From: Syncephalis fuscata S228
Taxonomy: Eukaryota > Fungi > Zoopagomycota
Reading direction: 5' to 3'
NCBI GenBank assembly: GCA_025786725.1
Contig: JAHLTZ010000034.1
Coordinates: 1 to 64,000 of the forward strand
DNA length: 64,000 nucleotides
The notes below the pieces were generated by a model, which was not told the origin of the DNA, did no database searches, and worked only from the letters and a program-made list of their open reading frames with translations. This document shows, piece by piece, positions 12,301-25,851 of this stretch. The first letter of the stretch is position 1; each line of letters begins with the position of its first letter. The position numbers were made by a program, and so were the translations under genes.

Positions 12301-15300
12301 TTTGACGGAATAGTACGGCAGCAGCAGCATTGAGGCTGGTTAGAATGGCTCGTGGCGATTCTTTATCCAAATCAGGATGGTGCATTGGATATTGCTGCTC
12401 CAGATTAACCAGTGTTGTGTCAATGGCTGGTTCAAGTGTTTTACGTAGAATCCAATTTAAGGTGACAGTGGCCGTTGATTTAATCTCAAATCCAATACGC
12501 TGTAGTGTGGCATCACTTTCTTGTGTGAATCGAGTCGATTCTTTAATTGCTTGTAGCATAAGACGAGTGACCCGACGACGTAATTTTGGCGAATCCAACA
12601 CATCGGTAAAGTATTGATCAAGCCAACTAGCACATATTTGTAGAACAGTGCGTTGTAATCGACCACGATTGGCCAGCGAAATAAGTGGCTTTGTTGTATT
12701 AGCATTAGTGGCGGTAACAGGTGCGTTATGGATCTTGTTCGTTTCCAATGCCGTTTCTGCATCAACAAATCGACGTACTAGTTGTTCAAATAGCCAAGTA
12801 GGCGAACAGAAACTACGGAAAGTGGCAAAGAACATACGTGTATAGTCGGTATGATCAAATTCAACCTTTAAACCACGTAATCCAGTGGTTAATGGTCGTG
12901 ACAACTCATCCACTAAACGATCAGCCTCTGCAGGTAACCCGTAAATAAGTACTTCAATCAATCGTTCTGGTGCACCACCAATTACTGTAATACCCAGTAC
13001 AAATGAATCACTAGGTGATAAAGCAACTTCAGATGTAGGTGTTTTGGCAATCAATGGCCGTTGTGAAGTACCAGATGGCTGAACACGGACACTTGCGTAT
13101 AAATCACCTGTATCAAGCCATACACCAAACTCTGACTCTTGTCTATCATTCTGTATAGATGACAAGAGCCACGCTGTCCTCGAAGTGCACCCCACCAACC
13201 ATTGGGTGCTTGGTTATTTGAATTGGATCCACGAGGTGATCTGGGCATAAGTGAATCGGCGTCAAAGAAGGATTCATCGCCAGGTGATGTTGATAATAAA
13301 TTAGAAGCTGTATCATTATGTGATTTGGGTGTATGTGGTGGTGATTTGCCATTATTGTTGTTATTGTATTATCTAAAGTTATTAATAAAAGTGTTAATTA
13401 ACATTGTAATTAATAAATATTAGTAATGGCAATACCATTATTAATTGTACTTACTGGTATTAGATGTACTACTGCTACTAGAGGTAGTACGCATAAATGT
13501 AGATCGTACGCCTAGATCTAAAGAACGACGACCAGAACTATTGGTATTAATAGGTGTACTGGCTGAACTAGATGCCATGTTGTTTGTACGAGTAGCTAGT
13601 GTTTGTGGCGCCACAGAAGCTAGATAGAGTAACGGTGTATCGGGTAATGGATCTACAAATGAAAGGGGCGCTAGAATAGCATTAAGACGTGTAGGGCGTA
13701 GTGCTGGTTTAACATCGTAATAATGACCATCTAGACCGTATTCACATTGTAGTGAGGCGGAAAAGTAGCGTGCTGCATCAAATTCAACATCTCTAGCGGC
13801 CAATTGGGCCATATAATCTTGAAGAGCTGGATGGGCAGATGCTGGCCATTGCGTATTTGTCATCTCTACAGACAGACGAGGCAAGTGTTTAACGGCATTT
13901 TCATGTACACGATACATTTGACGGTATTTATCAAAATTAACTAATAGTACTCGGCCTGATGCTGATCGACTAATAGATTCATCTGGTTCAGTAGCTTGTT
14001 CGTCTGTATTGGGTACTGGTGGTGTTAATCGATCGGAAAGTGACTCGTTTAGTCGCATTACTGCTTGTTGAACAGCACCAAGATATGGAACACGCGCATT
14101 ACTTTGGCCTTGATGTAGCTGAACTGCTTTAGTCGTCTTTTCCGTTTCTGATTCAAATAGGCCCATATCTAATAGTTCGGGTACCCATTTCTCTCGTACA
14201 TACTGTACTTGAACTGGATCTACTTCACGCCATGTCTCACGTAAACGAGTAACACCCGGCGAACATATACCTAGAGCGATAGCAGCCCACCCGGCACTAT
14301 CGCCTAGTTCCCAACTGGCAATGCCTACGCGGATCCAGTGATTAAGTGTAATGGCTCGTCGAATAACCGTCATTGATTGACCACCATCAAGTAAATGATC
14401 GAGTAGTAGCCGAGTAAGGAAATGTGGCTTGGCTGGTGTAAATGAAAAGGCATCACAGGATGAAGAGGCTTCACGAGATAGAATAAAGTTGCTCACGTAC
14501 ATTGGATTATTACGTTGTAGTTGTTGTAAATGATAAATACAAATTTGATGAGCAAATTCCGTTGGATCCAATTTAAGAAATATGGCCGGTGATAGACCAG
14601 TAACTGTTAAATTGCTAAGATCAACAGATGATATAACATGACTTTTACCGCTTTGTTTTCTAGCCGCTTCAGAAATACGTGAATTTAGACTGGTCGTTTC
14701 TTTACGACGCTTTACTAGAATGTCTTTAATATCCGCTGTATCCTGAATACCGCGTGGTGATAATACATCATCTAATAGCGTGGTGAATTCACGTACGGCC
14801 ATATCATCCAATAGTGTTTCATCGCGTTTAATCCACGTACGTAAAATATACGCTACTCGTTCCACTGGTTGCCGCGCTGTATCGGTAGCATCTTTGGCCG
14901 CATTGCTAGCATATCGATTCAGCTCTTGAAGTAGGTGTATTGAATCAGTAAATAAGTGATAGGATGCCAAGAATGAGGCCAAGAATTCATCTGGATTAAC
15001 TTCTTCTTCATCAGCACGGCCTGTTTGGTGTATTAATTCGTGTAAAAGCGCGTCTACCGAACCGCCCATAATACGATATTTCTTCTTGCTGGCCCCATCA
15101 GCTGTATCTGTGTTTGCATCACACATTTCAACCGTTAATTCAGGATGACGTTGAGTGCCCCAGAAACGACGCTTTCTACCAATTTCCGTTGATGTGCGTG
15201 GCAGTAGCTGTTTGGCACCGATTTCATCACCAATTTGTTGCTGCTGTCGTTGCTGTATTTGTTGCTGTATTTGTTGTTTTTGTCGTTGATGCCACGCTTC

Positions 15301-16794
15301 ACGTTTCTCCTGTAGCTTTTTAATAAATGTGCGACGTGCATCATCTGTTCTGGCTACAAATAAGCGAATAATTGGCGATGAAGAGAATGTAGTGGGTGCG
15401 GCCACTTCATCGCGACTTGAAACAAACATTTGGAAGCCCAGTTGTGTTGGTAAAGGTGCAATATCCTTTCCAGAACTACTGGCTCGTCTATGATGTTTAC
15501 TACTCCAGCTATTATCATTACTAGTAGTGGCGGCAGCTGTTGAGCTATTAACATTAGTCATACTGCTATTAATAGTAGGATGTACTTCGGCCATCGGCGA
15601 TTGCGAGTCAAAGCCGGTACTGGCTGCCTCCATCACCTCAACGTGTTGAATTGGATAATTGTCGTCCATTTTCCATTTAGTATAATAGCCATTGGCATTA
15701 TCGTCGTCAGATGATAACATAGCCGATGCCTGGGCACGCGATGATCGAATCCATTTACGACGGCAAATAACAATACGCTCTTCAAATAAAAGTACACAAG
15801 CATATCGACGGAAACGCATTGAAGTTACTTCTAACTCAGTCACCTTTAGGCCAAAGTGATACTGAGTAACTAATGGAGCAGCCGGACTCGGCTCGAATAA
15901 AAAGGCACTGGCTGCTGGATCAAAATCGACCACTTGTAACGCCATACCTTTGCCATCCGTGTCAGATATTTGGTGTTTGGATGCTTGTGAGGCTGGTTTA
16001 TAGAAATACAATTTGCCACCTCGCATATTTGCCTCGTATACCTTCCATCCACCACGGAAATCGGTTTTTTTGGCCAAATATCCCGTAATATTAACATTTT
16101 GTATGGCATTTTGTGTGTCATCTAACGCCGTTTGATCCTCTCCCAATGTTAGGTATCGATTTGTTTCATTGCCTTGTGTAGTGCATTGTTGTTGCTGTCG
16201 TCGTTTAAACAGATGGTTGACTTCATCTTCGCTATTAATATCGTTGGCTGAGTATTTACGACTACCGCCTGGATCGGATGCTGAAGGAATTAAAGGGCCG
16301 GCCTGAATATCCGTATCCCGCAATGAAGCCAGCTCTTGCACTAGATTCTCTGTACTGCGGCTGAACCGAGGACTAGGTGCAGCGTCAGCGTTATAGTTTG
16401 TACGCAATGTTTCATAGGAAGAAAAACGTGCGCTGTTCATTAATCGATTAGAGGCACGTCTTACGAGTGTGACGGCCTGTGATTCAGCGGTCATTGGACC
16501 TTGTGTCATATAGCTGGCCGGTGCAGATGTGCCTAGCGGTGAGGGTGCTGTGGATACAGTGGTGAATGCACTAAGTAGTTTGTTACGACCTAATAAAATA
16601 TTAAGTGGCTGCATACTAAACATTGAATTACGATGTACTGTAAGTGCCTCATCGTTGCTACCGCCTGATGGCCGTCTATTTACAGTCGTTGGAGTAGCAT
16701 TTGGATTACTAAATGGTTGGCCATCCACAAACAACTCTGGTGGGTCTTTCTCAACCGTTTCTTTTTTCTTTTTGCCTCTTAGCATGCCCTTCAT
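9373..16794 (-). CDS. Bem2-like protein: N-terminal PH-like region, RasGEF-N/RasGEF domains, PH domain, C-terminal RhoGAP
   Basis: ORFs 13441-16794 and 10223-13198 plus short 3' exons. Motifs: GGSVDALLHELI (REM), AAIALGICSPGVTRLRETW and VNFDKYR (RasGEF), RPHVFRVITEEGGQHLLQA (PH), GLEEVGIYRVPG, LLKQFFRELPEPL and NHMYATNLAIVFGPSL (RhoGAP). Stop TAG at 9373 after an acidic tail. Several apparent 1-nt deletions make the exact model uncertain. Confidence 0.88.
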
Positions 16795-17284
16795 CGTCTA
16801 CAATTTACGCGATCAGGCCTACGCGTGCACTCGCTCTCACTCACGCGCCCAATAGTGTGTGGATTAGATTTCAATTCTAATCAGTTGAATTAGTATAGTT
16901 CAGCGTTTACATTATTTAGCGCATCTATTACCTACCGAATAAACAAGGAATCCGACGTTAAAGTTATATACGTATACTAATGATTTGCTGCAATTGTTTA
17001 CAACGCTGTTGCAAACGTCGCATATACCAAAAGAAGGCTGGAATGGACTAGTACTAGTTGATTGTGACTGTAGATACTTGAACAGATGGCGACTAGCTAC
17101 TTAAAGTATCAGCGTTGCATTCCGTCCAGTAGCCACCTATTTTGCTATAATAGTTGAACGAGACTAGCTTATAGAGAATAGATCACGCTAGAAATATGAA
17201 AGATGTGAAAGCTTAGAAGATGAGGTGCGTTTGTGCGTACGTGCGGGTGTTTGGATGAGCGGGTGTTTGAGTAGTGCGGACTTT

Positions 17285-17286
<2 letters not shown>

Positions 17287-17321
<35 letters not shown>

Positions 17322-17406
17322 TGTGTGGAGTCTATATCTGTGAGTGTGTGTGCATCTGTGTATGTGTGTGTATTTGTGAGTGAGAGAGAGAGTGTGTGTG
17401 TGTGTG
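17287..17406. repeat. (GT)n/(GA)n microsatellite cluster upstream of the Bem2-like gene
   Basis: Direct reading of GT and GA dinucleotide runs. Confidence 0.92.
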
Positions 17407-18723
17407 GAGAAGTGTATCTTTTTGGCAATCATGCTTAAGGACCGGTTAAATGGACAGTAGAGCACTGCCAATCCATCCACGCGTATATAGAACAGAGGGC
17501 TTAGAAACAAGATGGCACGTTGGTTCAAGTTGAACATCGTGATATTGGCGATAAAGGAAATCAAAAAGGCAAATAGGACTCAGCTTAAAAGGTATATACA
17601 ATACTACATATAATCGGATCAATTATAATTAGTGTAATTTATTATAAATAATATAGGCAATTTAAATTATACTAACCGATTAATTGAGCCATTTAGCACA
17701 ATTTATTATATAGTAACTGTTATTACATATTTAGTTAATTGATTAATATTTAATACACTTGATAGTTATAAATATATTGTATTTATAGTAGCACATATCA
17801 GTATGTTATAACATCATTTCTAGTATCATTTTGCTATAATGCTATTGATCCGGTATATTGGTCTATTTATAGCTATATCTATTATTTTTATTTGCTTAAT
17901 AAATACACAAATAATTCAGCTGGTTTTTATAATATATGGTACAATGGCATTTGATTTACGCTATATTATAGTGAATCAATATTTATTCTATTATACGCTA
18001 TATGAATAACTTTATTGTATAGATGTTACGAGTGACAATTAAAACCGGTTTTGTTGGGATTTCCTCGTTTAAACTGGCCTGTGTGACACGCATGTAAAAC
18101 CATTTACCAACCTTGAAAAGGACGTTGCATTTTAAAACTAGGCGCTTTTACAACGCTGATCCTACATACATGAACTAGTATTATGCAAGATTGGTAGGCC
18201 TGCAGCATGCCAAACAGCGTTAGCTACTAGATTAATAACTATTACGCATAAAAGCAACATATACTAGTTGTACTACTAAGCATACATGTGAACAATGACG
18301 ATATAACCTGTCATTAGCATTAACGTATTAGAACTATTAGGATTGTAATTACTATTACAATAGATTGGCAACTATTATAATAATCAATACATTATATTAG
18401 TTAGATGAGCATCATATTGTAGTCAATTGCTTAATGTCTTATCTAACTTTAAAATGCTTGAAATAATTATTATTTTTAGACATGATGGCTATGACGACAA
18501 TTACAATGCAACTAATAAAGCAACGCTAGTGTAGCTGGCTAATCCTGCTGTGCAACGCTATACTAACCAGCCCTCAATCCATGAAAATGACTATTAGTCT
18601 ATTGTACATATTTCTTAGCATAACAAGGACTATTAAATTTGATATAAAAAACATTAAGTTGGTATGCTAAGTATTATTTAAATTGATATCGTTGGCAAAA
18701 TATACATTGTTTATGCCGAAAAA

Positions 18724-18741
18724 TTCTAGAAGCTTCCTGAA
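18724..18741. promoter_or_regulatory. Perfect four-unit heat-shock element (HSE)
   Basis: TTCtaGAAgcTTCctGAA, four alternating nGAAn units, ~170 bp upstream of ATG 18909. TATA-like TATTTAAA near 18823. Confidence 0.65.
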
Positions 18742-18908
18742 ATAAAAGATAGACAAATTTTTAGTTTAATAATAGGGCGTTGAAAACCTGCATGTCTATT
18801 TATAGAATCAAAGGCGAGCTGCTATTTAAACAAATTAGGGGCTGAATCCAACACAACAATTTGTTTCTTTTGTTACTTATTACCCTTTCTCGCCCAATTT
18901 AACTTGCT

Positions 18909-19823
18909 ATGGATAGCCATAATATGGAAAATAATACATGGGAGGAATACTGCCGCTGGCTGGACCAGCTACCTTGCAATAATGATACTCATTTTGTAAA
19001 TATGAGTGAGGCCTGCGGCGTGTCATCAGTCTCTGTAAAAATTAGTTCCACCAGCAACTTATCTCCCCGTCCTTTTCAGCTAACTGGTACCAATAAGCAT
19101 ATGAATCAGCGAGATTCACAGAGCAACATTGTAGCAATACACAATAATAACCACACTAGTAATAGTAATAGCTATTGGCAAGACAACCATACTGAATGGA
19201 GTATTATGCCATTTGCTTCTATAAATGGTGGTGCTAAGCGCAATCACTTGCATATCCAAGGTGGGTGTGATTGAATGACGACTTTGCAGTCTATTATTAT
19301 CTTTCTCTCAATATAATATCAATGACTAATCGCTATTTAATACAATTCTATCAATTAGAACTGAAAAGGGAACCACATAATATTTTTCTACGTCCACTGT
19401 ATAATACAATGCCGCAATCGGTATGTATAAAATATTATACTAATATTATTACCATTCTAATAAATCGATTCAAAAAAGATGCAGCAGAATTGCTGGGAAA
19501 ATCCAAAACTTGATGCTTCAAATGTACAGACATCAGCCGATTATCCACAGCATACTTTGACCCCTATTTGGTCAGCCTCTTCACAAGCATCTTCACCTAG
19601 CATTAAGACGCCGAAAAACCTGCCTGAGCAAAACATCGGCTGCACTCCAAGTTTAAATAAAAAGGCCAACCATTCGGAGCGATTCGACTACGAAAGCGAT
19701 GAATTGGATCTGCATGAACTGGCTCTTCAGGATGCTGAAAAGCGCAAACGGCCACGATTGATGTGTCCCAAAACACTATTGACAGAATATGTCAACTGGC
19801 CATTTATCAGCTCATACACTTAG
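18909..19823 (+). CDS. Hypothetical protein (~250 aa, 3 exons), Asn/Ser-rich with basic KRKRPR motif
   Basis: Three short ORFs join in frame via introns 19261-19358 (GTGGGT..TAG) and ~19420-19478 (GTATGT..AAG). No family recognised. Confidence 0.6.
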
Positions 19824-20301
19824 GTATAGTAGGCCACCAACCGGCATTATGTCGATATTAGCATTCTTTTTTTGGTATATTGTTGTATTGGCGGTGCATT
19901 GATTTTTTTTATTTCATTTCAATTACTATTCTCCATTTATCTTATTAATTTATAGTCAGCAATTTGGTTATAATTGACCTTTACATTTACTTTTAGCGTC
20001 AAGAATACCAGTATACGCTACATTATATATAATGAAGAAAAATAATATATTTGATTTTAAACAGCATTTGTATTTGTTCTTAAAATATATCTTTGTATTT
20101 TGTACAAGTCTCTACGTATAAAGCGAATGGAAAATGAGGTAGGTGTCGTTTGTTTTGAATAAAGCTATATTGTTGTTAGTTACGACAGTTGTTTGTAAAT
20201 AGAGTGTTATTATTTACAACTATTTGTATATAATTTATATTTTATTAATAAGTGTTTAGTCAATTTACTTAATATGTTTATTATTGTTATTGTTATTACT
20301 A

Positions 20302-22357
20302 TTATTCACGCTTTATCCATTGATCAAGCCAATAAGACATTTTTTGTCGTGATGCCTCGTTCTTTACATTGACAGTGGGTTGAATTTTACCACGAATAGA
20401 TAATGAACGTATAAATGCGGCCAGCTCTTCAAAACTTGAATGTTCCGAGTATGGCACTGAGTATAATGAAACAGATTTATCGGACCATGAAGGCTTTAGT
20501 GCATCTATTGAGTAGGTAGAGCAAGGCCATAGTGAAGCTGGTTCTGACGGGTCATTCTTTGGCTCTACTTTTGTTGTTAGTTCTGCTTCTTCCGCCTTTA
20601 CTTCTGTGTCTGGTTCTATTGATGCTGTTGATGCATCCACTATCTCGCTACCAGAGTTGGCCGACTTTCCTTTCTTATACGGTGCATGTGACCAACCAGT
20701 AGGTCGAAATGCTACCAACGATGTAAACCCGGCCTTTTTATGATGATCCAAATAATCCGTCAACCACTATATATATTATTATTAAACGTATTTACGTAAT
20801 TTACTGATTATCAATACTTACCGCTTTATTCAGCTGGAACATAGACACTACGTGAACCTTTGCTTCACTTGGCTCGGAAGTTAATAGTGCATCCAACTGT
20901 GGATCTTCTAAACAGTTCAGAATACGGCGCTTCTCATCCGTAACATATATCTTGGAACTAAGAGCATTGGCAATGGCTTTATCAAATCATCAGTTGTTAT
21001 TATAGCAAGCTCTATGTAGTCTATATTACCTTGAAACACTCGTTCTTTGCCGATTAAATAAGTGCCCACAACAAATAGAACACGTGGAGACTTTTCAACT
21101 CGACTTGTGGTACTTGTGGATTCAGTCACCTTGACTTCTGTCGTTTCTTGTTTAATCCATTTCATTAAAAAGCTATTACGCTTTGATTGTTCGGTAGTGA
21201 CAGTCTCTTCGTCCAAGCGGCCTACTAGCTCGGCCACGGCATTTAAAACACTAGACTGGGCCGGAAATGCATATGAAGGATTTAAATACGTTGTATCAAG
21301 ATAAACTGTATCCAGAACGGGACATTTGGCAATAGCATCATGTTCTACATGTTCTTGGATAGCTCGAAAGTCACCAGTATGCAAGTGTCGCCTCCAGCCA
21401 TCTGGTGAGTGGTTATCAGGCACTTCAAATAATATAATAGCTGCACCTGGACAACTACATGATTACATCGTTAATTAGTAAAGTCTAATCACCGTTTTTA
21501 TATATAAATATATATCAACATCAATACACCACTTACTGATTAGCATCCATGAGTGTAATATTAACGCCATCTATAGTAATAGCTGTATTAAGTGATAGCG
21601 GATATATCTGTTTACGTGGTATCTTTAACCGCTCTTCAAGTAGATTCGCCGTTACTGGTGTGCAATAGATGGGTCCATGCGAGAAGGACTTGGTAAGTCC
21701 CTGATAATGATCTGAATGAAAATGTCTATTCATCATTGTTAAATACTAATAAACTAAAATAACATCGTTCTTACGTAAGAAAGTAAGCAGAACAGTCTTC
21801 AATGGCACCATAACTAAACGCATCCACTGTAAATGTAGTATCTGTTTATAAATTGTCAGTCTATTGTTGTCACTCTTTATTCACTCTTACCTTTTACCCA
21901 TTTGTAGAATGGACATGGCCGTCTGGATGTTGATGACTTTGTAGAGGTTTCTGGTTTGTTTTTATTTGTGTTTTTAGTAGTGGTAGTGGTAGTTGTTGTT
22001 GTCATTGTTGTTGGTTGTTGAGTGGCAATTTTACGCTTTTGACCTGCACTATTATCAATAATGGGTGTGGCCGGTATGACATCGTTGCTAGTTACAATAT
22101 CCACACTTGTTGTCGCTGCCATATCATCTTCATTTAACATATCAAATGACTCATTGGCAATTTGATTTAACGCATCTAGACATTGATTTACATGTCTTTC
22201 ACGGTCCTATAACATAAATGGTGTTGTTAATAAAATACATTATTTTGGCCTAACGACAACCTATCGGTAGCTAGTGACAAATAAAGTATTTGCAACTTAC
22301 GTGAACTAGCAAATGCTTAAGCGTTACCTGACATACAGGACAGTTAAAGTCGCTCAT
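20302..22357 (-). CDS. PSO2: DNA cross-link repair nuclease, metallo-beta-lactamase/beta-CASP, with N-terminal UBZ-type zinc finger
   Basis: MSDFNCPVCQ...HVNQCLD zinc finger, HFHSDHY, DANxCPGA, LHTGDFRA, VYLDTTY, VGTYLIGKER, FRPTGW and VPYSEHSSFEEL motifs across exons. Confidence 0.93.
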
Positions 22358-22514
22358 AACGATACGTAGTAGTTAACCAAAAATGTAATTGTTCAGTAAT
22401 GGGCAGCGATCGTGACAACTCACACAAATAACTTTAACTTGATTTATTTAAGAAGCAGCGTGCAACTATTGGCCACTGAGACGATAGTTGTTCAATATGT
22501 TCGATAATATAATA

Positions 22515-22543
22515 TGTATATATATGTGTGTGTGTGTGTGTGT
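22515..22543. repeat. (TA)n(TG)n microsatellite in the ~400-bp divergent PSO2/UCH promoter
   Basis: Direct reading. Confidence 0.85.
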
Positions 22544-22753
22544 GGTTTACTTGTCTGTTATGACTCAATATAACTGTATACTGTTCCTTTACAGTCTATT
22601 TGTTGGTAGCAGTAAGATGCGTCATTATGACGGTTGATACGTAAAAGGACCAGTTGTAACAAATTATTGGTGATTATTTTAACGGGGACACATAACTCGC
22701 TGCCATTAACTTATTTCATACTTGTTCTACAACAAACTAACATTTTAAACAAT

Positions 22754-23814
22754 ATGTCTACCGAGAATCCTACCAATCGTGTTGCTTGGCATCCGCTTGA
22801 GTCTAATCCACAGGTACTTTTGAAATAACATAATATAGAATAATACTAACAGCAGTTACACTGTCTAATGATTGCTTAGGCTATGAATAAAGTAAGTGGC
22901 ATAACTCTATGTGCTTGATGACTCAATAACAATCTATATTCAGTTTGTTCATAAGCTTGGTGTAAGCGAACAATGGGCATATACCGATATATGGGGTAAA
23001 TATCTGCTAAATACTAAATACGTAATAATACTAATGGCAATATAGGCTTGGACGACGAACTGCTTGCCATAGTACCACAGCCATGTGTTGCTGTTATCCT
23101 TTTATTTCCAGTAACAGATAATGTAAGGCTATTCAATCATTAGTATTGGGCATTAAATTGACCATTTATTAATGTGTATTTAGTACGAAGATTTTCGTAA
23201 AAAAGAAACAGAACAGATTAATCGCGATGGCCAGAAAGTTAGCGACAAGATCTTCTACATGTGCCAAACAATTCGCAATGCTTGTGGCACTTATGCTGTT
23301 TTACACTCATTGCTTAATAACAGAGAGAGTGTAGGTTTAGGTGATGGTCCTTTAATGGATTTCTTCAAAAAGGCTGAAAATGCTACGTTTGAAGAACGAT
23401 CCAAGATTCTTTCAGAGGCAGCAGACATCGCTGCGGTTCATACAGAAAGTGCCCATGTTGGTCAAACCGAGGTAGGCTATTAGTAAACAATATAGTTAAT
23501 AAGCAATTCTTATTAAATGTACCGTTCTATAATGACTTTTTAGACCCCCGATGCCAATGCCAAGATTGATTTGCACTTTGTTTGTTTCGTGCAATGTGAT
23601 GGTGATTTGTACGAGTTGGATGGCCGTAAAGGACATCCAGTCAACCATGGATCATCCATCGATTTGCTTCGAGTAAGTAGCAGCCGATCTATTGGTATTT
23701 AGTCTAATATTTTGATGATAGGATACGGCAAAGGTGGCTCGCATGTTTATGGAACGTGATCCGGAAAATGTAAACTTTAATCTAATTGCTTTGGCGCCAA
23801 ACTCGGAGCTATAA
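22754..23814 (+). CDS. YUH1: Ubiquitin C-terminal hydrolase (peptidase C12, UCH-L3/Yuh1 type), 7 exons
   Basis: WHPLESNP, catalytic [17 protein letters not shown] and YELDGRK motifs. Includes a 12-nt exon at 22880-22891. Confidence 0.93.
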
Positions 23815-24370
23815 ACATAATGTCTGTGCTGCATTTACATGTCGAATCCGTCTTGCGTATCATCTGTGGTAACAATGATATGATGAGCACTGTACTCATG
23901 TATCTTTTGGCATCTCCAAAACCTGCTTTACAGTGTTACTGTAAAAAGTCAGATTACGGGAAGAAGCCATTTAATCAATAAAGATATTTTTTATATTTTA
24001 GTCACGATGATACGATATGAATAATTAAAATGTATGTGATGCGATTTACTCTTTTGACTATATGGGTGATAAACGCAATAATTGGCTACTTACAATAGGT
24101 TTGTACTAATTAAATAATGATATTGTAAGCGTAAAAAAATTATAGGTTTGTAATATCACTGTATGGGTGGTGATATCGATCAATCTGGTGGTAAATAGAC
24201 TGATATAGTGGTATATGTTTCGTAAAATAATATCTATAATGTAATATAAAACAATAAAGCATAGCTATATATTATAGCTGATTTCAAATATACCACGTAA
24301 TATTGAATAAACTACTATATACGGTTTTATTCATTGGCTTTATTAAATACGTCATCTTATGTTTATTCTT

Positions 24371-24755
24371 TAAGCTTCAATGCAACGCTGATGTAGACTG
24401 GCACTCTATTTGTTTCGTGTAATGTGACGGCGATTCATAGAGGTTCGATGAATGCAAAGGACATTCCGCCAATTACGGACCATTTACGATTGCCCTCAAA
24501 TAAATGGCTGCCCATCTACCGGCATCAAGTCAAATAGTTTGTTGATACATGGCAAATATTATTTGTATATTTATAGAACATTATTTGGAAAGATATAGTT
24601 TATTTCAATTGTGCCGACTCCAAATTCGGAGCCGTAAGCATGGGATCTGTGCATTTGTCCATCCGGTTTATCCTATGCGCCATCTTTGGCAATAATGGCG
24701 TGCTGGGTACCGTACTCGTGTATCCTTCGCCTTCCTTCAGCATCTGTTTTTACAA
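24371..24755 (+). pseudogene. Degraded tandem duplicate of the 3' part of the UCH gene (last two exons, intron and 3' UTR)
   Basis: tttgtttcgtgtaatgtgacggcgatt..aaaggacatt vs tttgtttcgtgcaatgtgatggtgatt..aaaggacatc at 23580; ccaaattcggagc vs ccaaactcggagc; gtactcgtgtatc vs gtactcatgtatc. In-frame stops present. Confidence 0.85.
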
Positions 24756-25130
24756 AAATAAAGAGTACCATATGTGTGATGAAGTATGGCCCGATAGTAA
24801 GTATGGAGTATACGGAGACATCAAGACATACGTGTGGCTTTATTTACCTATACCATATATCCGTGTGGTGTCAATCACTCAAGGTAGCGCGGTAAGACAA
24901 GCATTCTAGAATTCCAAATCTAGTGTCAATCACGACATAAACATCCAATTAACGGAATGAAACAAATTGCTAAACGCCACACATTGTGACGTAGACATAA
25001 AAGCAACACGCCCCAAGCTCGTCCATTTGTCTTTTCATATCAGTTTGTTTTTCATCTTATTCTCGCTACTCTTCCGGCAGCCAATACTGTAGTTACTTTC
25101 ACAACAGCAACAGCTCTTTTATTCGCCAAT

Positions 25131-25851
25131 ATGTCTTACACTTCACTTCGTCTAGGAGACGTTGCTCCAGGTACGCTACTTAGATATCATATCATTTATA
25201 CGCTTATTAACACTGGTGCTAAATAGATTTTACGGCTCCATCGACTCAGGGTGAGATCAAGTTCCACGAATGGATTGGCGATAGCTGGGCCATCCTATTC
25301 TCGCATCCGGCCGATTTCACGCCCGTGTGCACAACGGAACTGGGTCAAGTAGCTCGACTATCGCAGGCTTTCAAGGATCGCAATGTCAAAGTCATTGGCC
25401 TGAGCGTTGACTCAGTGGAGGATCACAAGAAGTGGGTCGACGATATTAACGAGGTCAATAGCGTCAACCTTCAATTCCCAATCATTGCCGATAAGGACAC
25501 AAAGGTAGCCAATCTCTACAGCATGCTCGACACCCCCGAACACGATCCAACCAACATCCAAAAGTCTGGTATCCCGTTTACTGTCCGTGCCGTTTTCATT
25601 ATTGATCCCAAGAAAACGGTTCGTCTCACACTGACCTACCCAGCTAGTTGTGGACGCAACTTTGACGAGATTCTACGTGTCGTCGACAGTCTTCAATTGA
25701 CTGATCGTCGCCGTGTCACAACTCCGGCCAACTGGCAGCCTGGTGATGAAGTCATCATCCACCCAGGCGTTTCTGATGAAGAGGCTGCCACGCTTTTCCC
25801 TGGTTACAAGACTGTCAAGCCATACTTCGTCTTGCTAAACTTAATGACTAG
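25131..25851 (+). CDS. PRX1: 1-Cys peroxiredoxin (Prx6 family)
   Basis: MSYTSLRLGDVAP, intron 25171-25226, FSHPADFTPVCTTELG, YPASCGRNFDEILR. C-terminus KPYLRLAKLND* requires one extra base near 25826. Confidence 0.93.

Noticed and set aside
17213-17564. His/Thr-rich ORFs
   Set aside because: Translation of (CA)n microsatellites.
17605-17860. Possible further foldback (CGGATCAAT / ATTGATCCG)
   Set aside because: Only a 9-bp exact inverted match with weak AT-rich extension; not distinguishable from chance by eye.
24640-24909. ORFs of 69-89 aa
   Set aside because: They overlap the decayed copy of the UCH 3' UTR; no coding signal.
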